Source of the DNA: a virus
Virus record (IMG/VR): IMGVR_UViG_3300024262_000026
Location: 9,025 to 73,024 of that record
Length of the DNA: 64,000 nt
Direction: 5' to 3' (one strand)
The notes below the pieces were generated by a model. It was not told where the DNA came from and made no database searches. It worked only from the letters and a program-made list of their open reading frames with translations. Below, one piece after another: positions 20,713 through 29,691 of this stretch. The position numbers and the translations under genes are program-made. Numbering within the stretch: the stretch's first letter is position 1; each line of letters starts with the position of its first letter.

Positions 20713-22260
20713 ATGCCTTTAAGTTACAGAAATTTAATAAGTGGTAATAAAATAATGGACACTCTTGGTTCCATTGGAGATAAAGATGAATTTGATAGAA
20801 ATCTACAGGATATCATAAAAAATCAGAGAATTAATCCTAAATATGTGAAAGGTTATGAAAGTGAAACTTTCTGGGAAAGCGTATTTGGTGGACAATTAGG
20901 CGCAAAAGATAATCCTGAAATGCAAAGTAGGTTTGGTCAATTATTTGGATTTGAGAATAAAGAAATTGATCCTTATGATCCTTACACTATTTCTGGTGCA
21001 AAAAAGGAAGTGTGGTGGAAAGATGAGAATGGAGACCCAATGGTAGGTCGTGTCTTATTTCCAAAAATAGATGAAGATGTAAATACATTTAGAAATATAT
21101 TATTTAATGATTTTAATAATGATCCATATGAGCAATATGAAGATCCACTAATTTTAGGTTTCAAGGTTGGATTCAACCCAAATTCACCATTTTTTAATGG
21201 TTCAACAGTAGGAGATGATATTAGTTCTTCACCTTTTAATAGTATTCGTTATTTCTTCGATAAATATGGATTTGGTGGTGATGCACCAATAGACGAAATT
21301 GCAACTAGATATGAATGGTATTTGGAATTTAAAAGAAAATTATTTACAATTTTTGAAAAAAATATCACAGAAGGACAACCAGTATATAATAAACCATATT
21401 ATATCAATAAAATATCGGGATTAAATAATTTAAACAAAAAGATAATTAAATATGGTGATGACAAATTAACTATCACTCTAAATGAAGATGTTAGAATGAT
21501 TGCTTGGTATCTTTCAGAATTATATAATAACTTAGTATATTCATATAAAAACAAAAGGTATATGATACCTGAAAATCTTTTAAGATTTGATATGAATATT
21601 CAAATTAGTGATATGAGAAATCACATCTTTCCTACTGGGAAATTACAACCAGAATTGAGAGAAGATCAAAACAAACTATTTAAATATGAAATATCTCCAA
21701 AATCAACAATAATGTTTACATTACATGATTGTAGTTTTAACTTTTTCAATTCATATAACTTTAGTGACGATATCATACAAGCAGGTTATGGCGCATCAAT
21801 GCCTTCTCAATCAGAATTACAATTTGATATTATATATAAATCTGTAACAAGATGGAGCACCTTTCCTTTTCTTGATGGTGGAACAGAAATTAATCCTTGG
21901 GAAAATACAATAGATAGTAAATATTTTAAAGAATTAGAAATAATAAAATCAGAAAGTACATCTCCTACACCTAAAGGATTTTGGAATAGTAAATTAAGTT
22001 CCGTAGCACAAACAGTTGCTAACGCAGGTTTGAATTATCTTGACAATTTAGAAACTAGGTTAAGAGAAGAAAGAGGTAAATTTGTTGAAAGTTCTTTAAA
22101 TGAATTTAGAAATTGGACTACTATTAACAAAATAGAACCCGATAATGTTTATTCACCAGATTTCAATAATAGATTAAGTTTAAAAAATGCTGGAAAAGCC
22201 TTAGCATCAGACTTATTAAATGATTTGGAAGGTGATGTAAGAAATATAACTAACTTTTAA
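20713..22260 (+). CDS. Putative baseplate/tail structural protein
   Basis: 515-aa ORF within the baseplate operon; stop overlaps the gp5-like start. Confidence 0.5.
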   Translation: MPLSYRNLISGNKIMDTLGSIGDKDEFDRNLQDIIKNQRINPKYVKGYESETFWESVFGGQLGAKDNPEMQSRFGQLFGFENKEIDPYDPYTISGAKKEVWWKDENGDPMVGRVLFPKIDEDVNTFRNILFNDFNNDPYEQYEDPLILGFKVGFNPNSPFFNGSTVGDDISSSPFNSIRYFFDKYGFGGDAPIDEIATRYEWYLEFKRKLFTIFEKNITEGQPVYNKPYYINKISGLNNLNKKIIKYGDDKLTITLNEDVRMIAWYLSELYNNLVYSYKNKRYMIPENLLRFDMNIQISDMRNHIFPTGKLQPELREDQNKLFKYEISPKSTIMFTLHDCSFNFFNSYNFSDDIIQAGYGASMPSQSELQFDIIYKSVTRWSTFPFLDGGTEINPWENTIDSKYFKELEIIKSESTSPTPKGFWNSKLSSVAQTVANAGLNYLDNLETRLREERGKFVESSLNEFRNWTTINKIEPDNVYSPDFNNRLSLKNAGKALASDLLNDLEGDVRNITNF

Positions 22261-23966
22261 TGGAAAAAAGATTTGAAAAGAAATTATATATGGGGATCGT
22301 TGAAGATAATTATGATCCAAATCGTAAAGGTAGAATTAAAGTTAGGGTGCAGTCCTTATATAATGAGATACCACTAAGCGATATTCCTTATGCTTCACCA
22401 TTTATGGATTTAGCAGGTAAAGAATATAAAGTTCCAGCAATTGGTAAAATTGTAAATATTTTATTCTTAACTAATGATTTTTATGACCCATATTATATCT
22501 ATTCTGAAAACTATAACATAAATTTAGAAAATAAACTAAATATGTTAAGTGATGATGAGTATGTCAATTTTGTTGCATTACTTTTTGATGAAAGAACACA
22601 AATTTCAGCGGATAGTAATGAATTAACAATTGATCATCTTTATAACAAAATAACAATTAATAAGGAATCAATAAATCACGAATTAAAAGATAATACCCAA
22701 TTATTAAATTTAGGGGACAGAGCCGCTGGACAAGATGCAGTATTAGGTAATCATTGGTTTGATTGGTTTGATGAATTTGTAAGTACATTACTACAACCAA
22801 CATCATTATTAGGAAATCAATCAGCCCCAATAATAAAACCTCAAATTGATGGATTGTTACATAAATATCAAGCAATTAGACCAACATTCGTTTCTAATCA
22901 CGTTAAAATTGTCGATAATAACCAAGTTACAAAACTTGATAGAAATCCTAGAACAGATACATCAAAAGAAGATAAAAGTCTAATTGATAACACTATCAAT
23001 TTTGATAATCAAGAACTTTTACAAAGAATTGAAGAACAAAATAAAAAGGCATGTAAAATTGAAGTATCTTCAAAACCAACTTCACGATTACCACAACCTG
23101 AAACTGAATCTCATGGTGATGATCCAAATTTCACACCTGATGAAGGTTCTTATGAAAAACGATTAATTGATGGAAAAATTTATACTGTGACTGATGCAAA
23201 TAGACAAGAACTTGATAATCTTGAAAAATCAATAGAAGCTCAAAAAGAATTAGAAAATAATACTCCAAGTGGAAAATATAAAGGTCAAAGTTATTTAATT
23301 GATGGTAAATATAACACCAAAAGTAAAGTTTATAATCCTGAAGAAATTGAAGAAACCAAAGTTACATTACCAGATTCAATAGGAAATTATCCTATATATA
23401 ATAAAGGTGTAGAAATTAGTAAAAAACCCGCAGTTAAAGTGCAAAATAAAATAGTTATTAGTGACTACTACCCAGCATTTAAAAAAATGTATGATGCGGC
23501 AAAATCTGATGGTGTGATACTTAGATTAAACGATGCTTATAGATTATGGGACGACCAATATCGTTTAAGAGTTCAAAATGCACCAACAAACAAAAAAACT
23601 GATGAAACATTTTTAAAAACCGCAAGTTCAAAACTTTTTAAACCTGTAACTGCACCACCAGGTTATGGGTATCACCATTATGGAATAGCATTTGATATAT
23701 CGACAAATGGAGGTAAAAATGATGCGTATAAATGGTTAGAAAAAAATGCTGTTAATTTTGGATTTGTAAGAACAGTAAAATCAGAAACATGGCATTGGGA
23801 ATATAAACCTTGGGAAGTTAGAAATATAAGATCGTGGGACAAATATGCAGTAGTTCCTAAGAATCATAATACTTGGACAATCGGAGGTGACGAACTTGAT
23901 GATCAACAAATTGCAACTAAACAAAATACTAGAAATTATACTCCTAGTTCACCAAGAGAATGTTAA
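22260..23966 (+). CDS. gp5-like baseplate spike (OB-fold) fused to M15B/VanY-like peptidase
   Basis: YMGIVEDNYDPNRKGRIKVRV...VPAIG; C-terminal AYR...Q...APPGYGYHHYGIAFDI...WL..NA..FGF...ETWHWEY. Confidence 0.85.
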   Translation: MEKRFEKKLYMGIVEDNYDPNRKGRIKVRVQSLYNEIPLSDIPYASPFMDLAGKEYKVPAIGKIVNILFLTNDFYDPYYIYSENYNINLENKLNMLSDDEYVNFVALLFDERTQISADSNELTIDHLYNKITINKESINHELKDNTQLLNLGDRAAGQDAVLGNHWFDWFDEFVSTLLQPTSLLGNQSAPIIKPQIDGLLHKYQAIRPTFVSNHVKIVDNNQVTKLDRNPRTDTSKEDKSLIDNTINFDNQELLQRIEEQNKKACKIEVSSKPTSRLPQPETESHGDDPNFTPDEGSYEKRLIDGKIYTVTDANRQELDNLEKSIEAQKELENNTPSGKYKGQSYLIDGKYNTKSKVYNPEEIEETKVTLPDSIGNYPIYNKGVEISKKPAVKVQNKIVISDYYPAFKKMYDAAKSDGVILRLNDAYRLWDDQYRLRVQNAPTNKKTDETFLKTASSKLFKPVTAPPGYGYHHYGIAFDISTNGGKNDAYKWLEKNAVNFGFVRTVKSETWHWEYKPWEVRNIRSWDKYAVVPKNHNTWTIGGDELDDQQIATKQNTRNYTPSSPREC

Positions 23967-24343
23967 AAAATTTCTTCTTGTAAAATTTCCATACATTCAG
24001 TCACAGCAATTTTAGTACCAACTATCACATAATCATATAAACTAAAGACATCATTTTCTCTTGCAGTTTTATTGAAAAAATCATTATCGGTGAGTAGTTC
24101 ATCAATATCGCCTTTATATTTTAAATAGAAATTAAAAATATCATTATCTTCTACGAAATTTTCAATTACAGTATCAGAATCTTCAATATACTTATTGATA
24201 AAATTTTGATAGTTAACCATTTCTGAACTATTTATAGTACCATCAATTAATTCTAAAATACCTCTTTTAAGGCTTTTATATTTACCAGTAATTTTTTCTT
24301 CGAAAGAACTGATATCTTCATTTAATTTGGAAAATCTTTTCAT
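23963..24343 (-). CDS. Hypothetical protein with N-terminal CTS-like motif
   Basis: Starts MKRFSKLNE. Confidence 0.7.
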   Translation of the reverse strand: MKRFSKLNEDISSFEEKITGKYKSLKRGILELIDGTINSSEMVNYQNFINKYIEDSDTVIENFVEDNDIFNFYLKYKGDIDELLTDNDFFNKTARENDVFSLYDYVIVGTKIAVTECMEILQEEIF

Positions 24344-24354
24344 AAATTTATATA

Positions 24355-25029
24355 TTAATTTACAATTATCTTTTTTAATTCAATCTCAGTATAATTTTCA
24401 TTAATACCAACATCAAAATATATCAATTCTTCATTGACAACTCTAAAACCAATATTACCCGAATGAACATCAACTGGGTAAATATTATATTTCTTAGTTT
24501 CTATTGCAATATGTTTCAATTTTTCAATATAACTATCAACCTGCTTTTCCGTAAGACATATTTTACACTCATCAAAATATTTAGTCTTAAAATAGTTAAT
24601 ATACGAAGGATGGAATTCATTATATTTAAAGAAATCTTCTTGATTATAATTCACTGCAAAATAGTCAAAAAAATCTCTTACTGCTTCTGAGTACTCAACT
24701 AATGTAATCAAATACTCCATTATTAATACATATGTTGGCTTTTTTAATTCGGAACTCACCAATTCATACACTTCATAATATTTAACTATATTATTTGTAT
24801 TTTCACCAATCAACATATTTGCGGTAAACGCTTCTCTTTTATCTGTTGTAATTTTCATTACTTTATATCCATCCACTTTATATGCTGAGCCATATGATCC
24901 AGTATTAATATAATTCATAATATCTCTACCTATCTTTCGAGCAACATTTCGTGCAAATACCATACTATATCTACTGGACGCAATTTGTTCCACTTGCCAT
25001 TCTTCAAAGCAACAATACATTTTCTTCAT
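24355..25029 (-). CDS. Protein-kinase-like fold protein
   Basis: Gly loop GSYGSAY, VMKIT...E, catalytic DVHSGNI, YFDVG. Confidence 0.75.
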   Translation of the reverse strand: MKKMYCCFEEWQVEQIASSRYSMVFARNVARKIGRDIMNYINTGSYGSAYKVDGYKVMKITTDKREAFTANMLIGENTNNIVKYYEVYELVSSELKKPTYVLIMEYLITLVEYSEAVRDFFDYFAVNYNQEDFFKYNEFHPSYINYFKTKYFDECKICLTEKQVDSYIEKLKHIAIETKKYNIYPVDVHSGNIGFRVVNEELIYFDVGINENYTEIELKKIIVN

Positions 25030-25097
25030 TGTAACCTTATATATTAAACTTTAAAAAAAGATTTTGATATATTAAATTATAAAAACAATTAAAAATC

Positions 25098-25526
25098 ATG
25101 TTAGAACATTTATATGATAAAAATGGGGATTTAAAACCTGAGATAAAAGAAAAAATAGAAATTTTTGCTGAAGAATTCAGCGCAAAATTAGATATTGAAT
25201 ATAAAAGAGCACAAAAACTCAAACACTATTTAGATGAAAGAGATTTTGATGATTTTATAGGAAGAATAATTAGAGAGCATGGTGACAAATATTGTGATAA
25301 ATGTTATAAAAAAGGTTATGAACCTTATCCTAATAATAAATTTAATTTATTATTAAAGTTAGTTGAAATTGAAGGAGAAGAAATAACAGACATTGATTTT
25401 AAGGATGATTGTGTTTTTCCAAATCAAATTATAAAATATAAAAATTATTATTTTCAATGGATTTGGGGGCAAGGCTGTATCATACTTATATATGATGAAA
25501 ATCATGAAAGAATATTTTCAATATAA
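25098..25526 (+). CDS. Hypothetical protein
   Basis: 142-aa ORF; CDKCY...YEPYPNN...GQGC. Confidence 0.7.
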   Translation: MLEHLYDKNGDLKPEIKEKIEIFAEEFSAKLDIEYKRAQKLKHYLDERDFDDFIGRIIREHGDKYCDKCYKKGYEPYPNNKFNLLLKLVEIEGEEITDIDFKDDCVFPNQIIKYKNYYFQWIWGQGCIILIYDENHERIFSI

Positions 25527-25981
25527 TGGCAAGTTTACATAAACCAATATCACCATTTTTCCCAAATCCAATTTTATTATTTGAACCTATCTATAACAAT
25601 TTAGTTGATATTGACTTTGGTGAGAATGTTTTAAATGAAAATTGTTTTAAAATAAAAGGCAATATTGCACACATTCACAACAATTATGATAATATAAGGA
25701 AAAAAAGTACATCACAAATAATAGAATCTTTGATTAATACTAATTTGCCAAAAGTTATATTTAATTATCACGATAAAAATGGTGAAGTATTAGAACAAAT
25801 AATTGTTTGCAATTTCAAATTTATAAAAATCATAAATAAATTAGATTTTAATTGGAATGAGAATACACTAAAAAAATTAAAAGTTCAATTTGAATATGAT
25901 AAAACTTTTCATTCTGAAAAAGAATACAATTCATATATTCGAAAAGAAAAATTAAACAAAATAAATGGACGAAAAGATTAA
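25526..25981 (+). CDS. Hypothetical protein (weak tail-tube-like pattern) with C-terminal RxxKLxxI motif
   Basis: EPIYNN...YHDKNGEVLEQ...LDFNW...LKVQFEYD; ends IRKEKLNKINGRKD. Confidence 0.65.
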   Translation: MASLHKPISPFFPNPILLFEPIYNNLVDIDFGENVLNENCFKIKGNIAHIHNNYDNIRKKSTSQIIESLINTNLPKVIFNYHDKNGEVLEQIIVCNFKFIKIINKLDFNWNENTLKKLKVQFEYDKTFHSEKEYNSYIRKEKLNKINGRKD

Positions 25982-26297
25982 AAAATTAGAAGAACATCTA
26001 AATTTTGTTTGGAGTTTAATTCCAAACAAACCAACATATGGAGAATTTAATAAAATATTTCCTGTTAAAAATAATGTGGAAGTATTAAGAAACTTTGAAA
26101 AAGAAAATGAATGGTTTGGTATAGCAAGATATGATACCGAAAATGAAGGCATTTCAATACTTAGTATGTTTGCATCTATCACAGACTTTTTAAGTGATGG
26201 TTGGAGATTAGCATTTGACACCGAAGGTGATAATAAAGATACACCAATAGAAGAACAAATAATTGTGGGATTTAAAATGATTAGACTTGATAATTAA
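25965..26297 (+). CDS. Hypothetical protein
   Basis: 110-aa ORF whose ATG lies in the codons following the upstream gene's tag. Confidence 0.7.
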   Translation: MDEKIKKLEEHLNFVWSLIPNKPTYGEFNKIFPVKNNVEVLRNFEKENEWFGIARYDTENEGISILSMFASITDFLSDGWRLAFDTEGDNKDTPIEEQIIVGFKMIRLDN

Positions 26298-26530
26298 TCA
26301 TCAACATTTTCAATGTAAGGAAATCTTTCTTTATTTCTCGGATCTATAATATCTTTGCGATATTCAAGAACATCTAATTTTATTTCTCTACACTTCTTTG
26401 CCACATCCTCTAATTTTCTTCTTAACCTAATAGATGCCGCCTTAATATTCTTACTATAAGTTTTATAATAATCAACTCTTGCTGACTCTAATATTTCAAT
26501 CAGTTCGTCAATTTCATTTAACTCACCCAT
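26294..26530 (-). CDS. Histone H1-like (Hc1-family, Bacteroidota-type) protein
   Basis: KAASIRLRRKLEDVAKKCREIKLDV resembles the KAAxxRxRK helix; likely ATG at 26530. Confidence 0.6.
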   Translation of the reverse strand: MGELNEIDELIEILESARVDYYKTYSKNIKAASIRLRRKLEDVAKKCREIKLDVLEYRKDIIDPRNKERFPYIENVDD

Positions 26531-26607
26531 AAAACTTATTTTTATTTTTATATATTGATTGAAATAGGACCCATACACCATAATATATAAAAATAAAAAT
26601 CATTATA

Positions 26608-27072
26608 ATGATGAAAAGAAGTGAATTTTTTGATCTATACAATAAATTGCAAGGTCTTAGATACCATAGTGACAACAAAAATTTTTCTTATGCCTTAATA
26701 AAAAATATTAAAGCTATTGAACAAGATATTAACAAACTTAATGAAGTTATAAAACCAACTGAAGAATTTCTACAATTTGAACAAGAGCGACTTGCTATTT
26801 GTCAATCACATTCAATTAAAGATGATAATGGTGACCCACTTTTAAATGGTGATGAATTTCAAATTGAAAATATTGAAAAATTTAATGAAGATTTAATACC
26901 ATTAAAGACGAAATATCAAGACATGTTAAATTATAGACAAGAACAAATAGAAAAGTATAATTCTCTTTTAGATCAAGAAATTGAAATGGAATTAGTTAAA
27001 ATAGGACCAGATGATTTACCTGATACTATAACACCAAACGAAATAGAAGATATCTATCCTATATTGTTATAA
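26608..27072 (+). CDS. Hypothetical helical protein (possible tail/fibre assembly chaperone)
   Basis: FSYALIKNIKAIE...ERLAIC..HSIKDDNGDP pattern; TAATATATAA at 26581. Confidence 0.55.
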   Translation: MMKRSEFFDLYNKLQGLRYHSDNKNFSYALIKNIKAIEQDINKLNEVIKPTEEFLQFEQERLAICQSHSIKDDNGDPLLNGDEFQIENIEKFNEDLIPLKTKYQDMLNYRQEQIEKYNSLLDQEIEMELVKIGPDDLPDTITPNEIEDIYPILL

Positions 27073-27760
27073 TAAATGCTTTTTTTCTTACAGATAATAT
27101 ATCACAAAAGGTGATGGAACTTATTTTGTCACCTTTTGTCCATATATTTTGAACCTTATTGTGTCCAACATATTGATGAATATTTTCTAATGGCTCCTCT
27201 AATTCTCGTTTATCCGCCCAAGTTGGTCCACCTATATAAGAATCACCACCTCTCCAAGATGATACTTGCATTAAAATATCTCTCCATTTATCATCATTTC
27301 CAATATCATTTAACACTTCAGCTAAATTTGAATTATCTTCTTTTAATCCAAAATATTTTAATACCTCAATATGTTCATCATACCACCAAACACTAATACC
27401 AGCATGTACAAAAATATGATTATCTCTTTGTAATGCAAATTGGAAAAGAGATTTATTTTTTTGAAAAACTTTTATGGTTTCTTTTAACCTTTCATTATAG
27501 TTTACTGAACTTGTATGGTATTTAGGATACCACATATATTGGGCATCGTGATTACCTATAAGTAATGTAACATTATCTGGGTGAGACTTTTTATAATTTA
27601 TAATCAAATTCAAATTTACAAGTGCATCACTATCATCAATCTTATTATCATAAGGATCACAATAATCACCCAGAAAAATAAAATGGGTATCTTTATTCTC
27701 ACCAACAAAATCCATCCAGGAATCTCTACCGTGAATATCACCTATAACACAAAATCTCAT
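27059..27760 (-). CDS. Calcineurin-like metallophosphoesterase
   Basis: GDIHG, GDYCD, GNHD, HAG, VGH motifs. Confidence 0.88.
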   Translation of the reverse strand: MRFCVIGDIHGRDSWMDFVGENKDTHFIFLGDYCDPYDNKIDDSDALVNLNLIINYKKSHPDNVTLLIGNHDAQYMWYPKYHTSSVNYNERLKETIKVFQKNKSLFQFALQRDNHIFVHAGISVWWYDEHIEVLKYFGLKEDNSNLAEVLNDIGNDDKWRDILMQVSSWRGGDSYIGGPTWADKRELEEPLENIHQYVGHNKVQNIWTKGDKISSITFCDILSVRKKAFIITI

Positions 27761-27815
27761 AAACAATTCTTTATTTAATGAATATACTTATAATATATCA
27801 CAACTGAATAAAAGT

Positions 27816-28154
27816 TTGATAATTATGGTTAATATAACATTTGACGAATATGTAAATATGATGGAAGACGAATCTAAATGGCAAATAATAAAAGATTTTG
27901 TTAATGAAACAAAGTACTTTCGTTCCAGAGATATTCCACTTGGAAGTACTGGAAAAGTATATGTAAACTATTTACACAAAGCTGGATTTTTAGGTAGACC
28001 TAAAAAAGGTATTTATTCATTAAACTTACATGTCGAAAATGATATAACATTATATAAAGTAACGGACTACGCTTATGGTGACAATAAAGGAGTAATCAAT
28101 AAAGTTGTTCGTAAAAACAAAATTATAAATTTAAATGAAATTTCAGAAGAATAA
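27816..28154 (+). CDS. Hypothetical (winged-helix-like) protein with C-terminal tag variant
   Basis: YVNYLHKAGFLGRPKKGIYSL; ends VRKNKIINLNEISEE. Confidence 0.65.
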   Translation: MIIMVNITFDEYVNMMEDESKWQIIKDFVNETKYFRSRDIPLGSTGKVYVNYLHKAGFLGRPKKGIYSLNLHVENDITLYKVTDYAYGDNKGVINKVVRKNKIINLNEISEE

Positions 28155-28452
28155 AGACGGTTACATAGAAGTTGAATATGAAGGTTCTTATTATTTTCTA
28201 GATGGTAAAAAATGGGTAAGAGATTTTAAAATTGATAACTCAACATATTACAGCAATACTGGTCATAACACAACAAGAAAATTTATTATTCCAGTAGGAC
28301 AACTATCTAGAAAACAGGCAGAAAAGCAAATAAAACAATTGATGGCACAATATACTGATAAAGAGGTATTTTACGATGAAATTCAATCTAAATTGACACG
28401 ATTATTAAGGAAAGCAAAATTAGATCAATTAAAAAATGTTGAAATTTTATGA
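28135..28452 (+). CDS. Hypothetical protein with portal-like segment and C-terminal RxxKLxxL motif
   Basis: RKFIIPVGQLSRKQAEKQIKQLMAQY; ends LRKAKLDQLKNVEIL. Confidence 0.65.
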   Translation: MKFQKNKDGYIEVEYEGSYYFLDGKKWVRDFKIDNSTYYSNTGHNTTRKFIIPVGQLSRKQAEKQIKQLMAQYTDKEVFYDEIQSKLTRLLRKAKLDQLKNVEIL

Positions 28453-28820
28453 GCAAATATTGGGTTAAAGTAAACGTTACTTGTAGGAACGACATCAAAC
28501 TTTATACAGATGATAAAGAAAAACTTAATGAACTAGAAAAAGATGCTGTTACACAAGCATTTTTACATGAAAGAACTTGTAAATTATGTGCAGATATCAA
28601 ATGGATGAGAGAACAAAGAGAAAAAGAAGATGCACTTTATAGAGTACAATCAGTTGCAAGATGTGGAGAAATATTATTTGTTGAACACACAAATCCATCT
28701 GAAGTAAGAAAAACACAGATGGAAAGAAATGTATGTCAACAAGTGGCGGAACATAGAAGAAATTGTATAAAATGTATAAGAATAGAAAAATTAGATAAAA
28801 TAAAGAATTTAACAATTTAA
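28449..28820 (+). CDS. Hypothetical Cys/His-rich protein with C-terminal RxxKLxxI motif
   Basis: Two HxxxCxxC units; ends IRIEKLDKIKNLTI. Confidence 0.7.
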   Translation: MSKYWVKVNVTCRNDIKLYTDDKEKLNELEKDAVTQAFLHERTCKLCADIKWMREQREKEDALYRVQSVARCGEILFVEHTNPSEVRKTQMERNVCQQVAEHRRNCIKCIRIEKLDKIKNLTI

Positions 28821-28831
28821 TAAAATTAAAA

Positions 28832-29428
28832 ATGGAATTAGAATATACACAAAACGATTTAAAATCAGCATTTGAATTTGGTAAAAAGTATCCAAATTTA
28901 AAATTAAAAGATTGGTTTAAATATGAGAAAACTCAACTAACAAAAGAAGAACAAAAATTATTTAAATTTATTGATGTTGCAACAGTACCGATAGGTAAAT
29001 CCAAATTGTTTTTTATGAATTGGAACGGTGTTGGAGGTGGACATTTTTCTGAACCTTTTAAAATATTCAAGAGAAAATATTTTAACAAATATTATCAATT
29101 TTTTAATAATTGTTCTGGAGAGTTTAGTGTGATAGTAACAGGAGAAGATTTTTTCAACTTAAAAACCTTTGATAAAACTGATTATGAAGGTGTGTATGTA
29201 AAAGAAATAATTCATAATGATGTAAAAATTACTATTATGAATTATATTGATTTTGATGGCGATAAAGATGAACATCAAGCTCATATGTTCTATTCTTGGA
29301 GAAACACTTTAGAACGAAATAATTACCATTTTTGGCAAATGGCGAATTGGGACGTTTATATTGATAAACCTTATAATTTAAACGTCACACCAGCATTAGA
29401 ACTTTTAGAAAAAAAAATCATTAAATGA
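28832..29428 (+). CDS. Hypothetical protein
   Basis: 198-aa ORF in the tightly packed + strand array. Confidence 0.7.
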   Translation: MELEYTQNDLKSAFEFGKKYPNLKLKDWFKYEKTQLTKEEQKLFKFIDVATVPIGKSKLFFMNWNGVGGGHFSEPFKIFKRKYFNKYYQFFNNCSGEFSVIVTGEDFFNLKTFDKTDYEGVYVKEIIHNDVKITIMNYIDFDGDKDEHQAHMFYSWRNTLERNNYHFWQMANWDVYIDKPYNLNVTPALELLEKKIIK

Positions 29429-29691
29429 AATATAAAGTAGGTGATAAATTAGTTTGTAGAGAAAATTTTGGTGATTGTATGGATACCATAATTTGGTATA
29501 AAAAACATAATTCATATGAAATAAATGACATCAGAAATAATTGGTTTGAAGAAAATAAAACTGCATATTTTATATCAATTAATGATAGTTCTGATCTTGA
29601 ATTTGAATATTCTGAACTACTTAAACATTTTTATATACCAAGTGAACTTAGAAGAAAAAAATTAGATATCATAAATGAAATATCCGAATGA
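29425..29691 (+). CDS. Small SH3/KOW-like protein with C-terminal RxxKLxxI motif
   Basis: MKYKVGDKLVC; ends LRRKKLDIINEISE. Confidence 0.7.
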   Translation: MKYKVGDKLVCRENFGDCMDTIIWYKKHNSYEINDIRNNWFEENKTAYFISINDSSDLEFEYSELLKHFYIPSELRRKKLDIINEISE

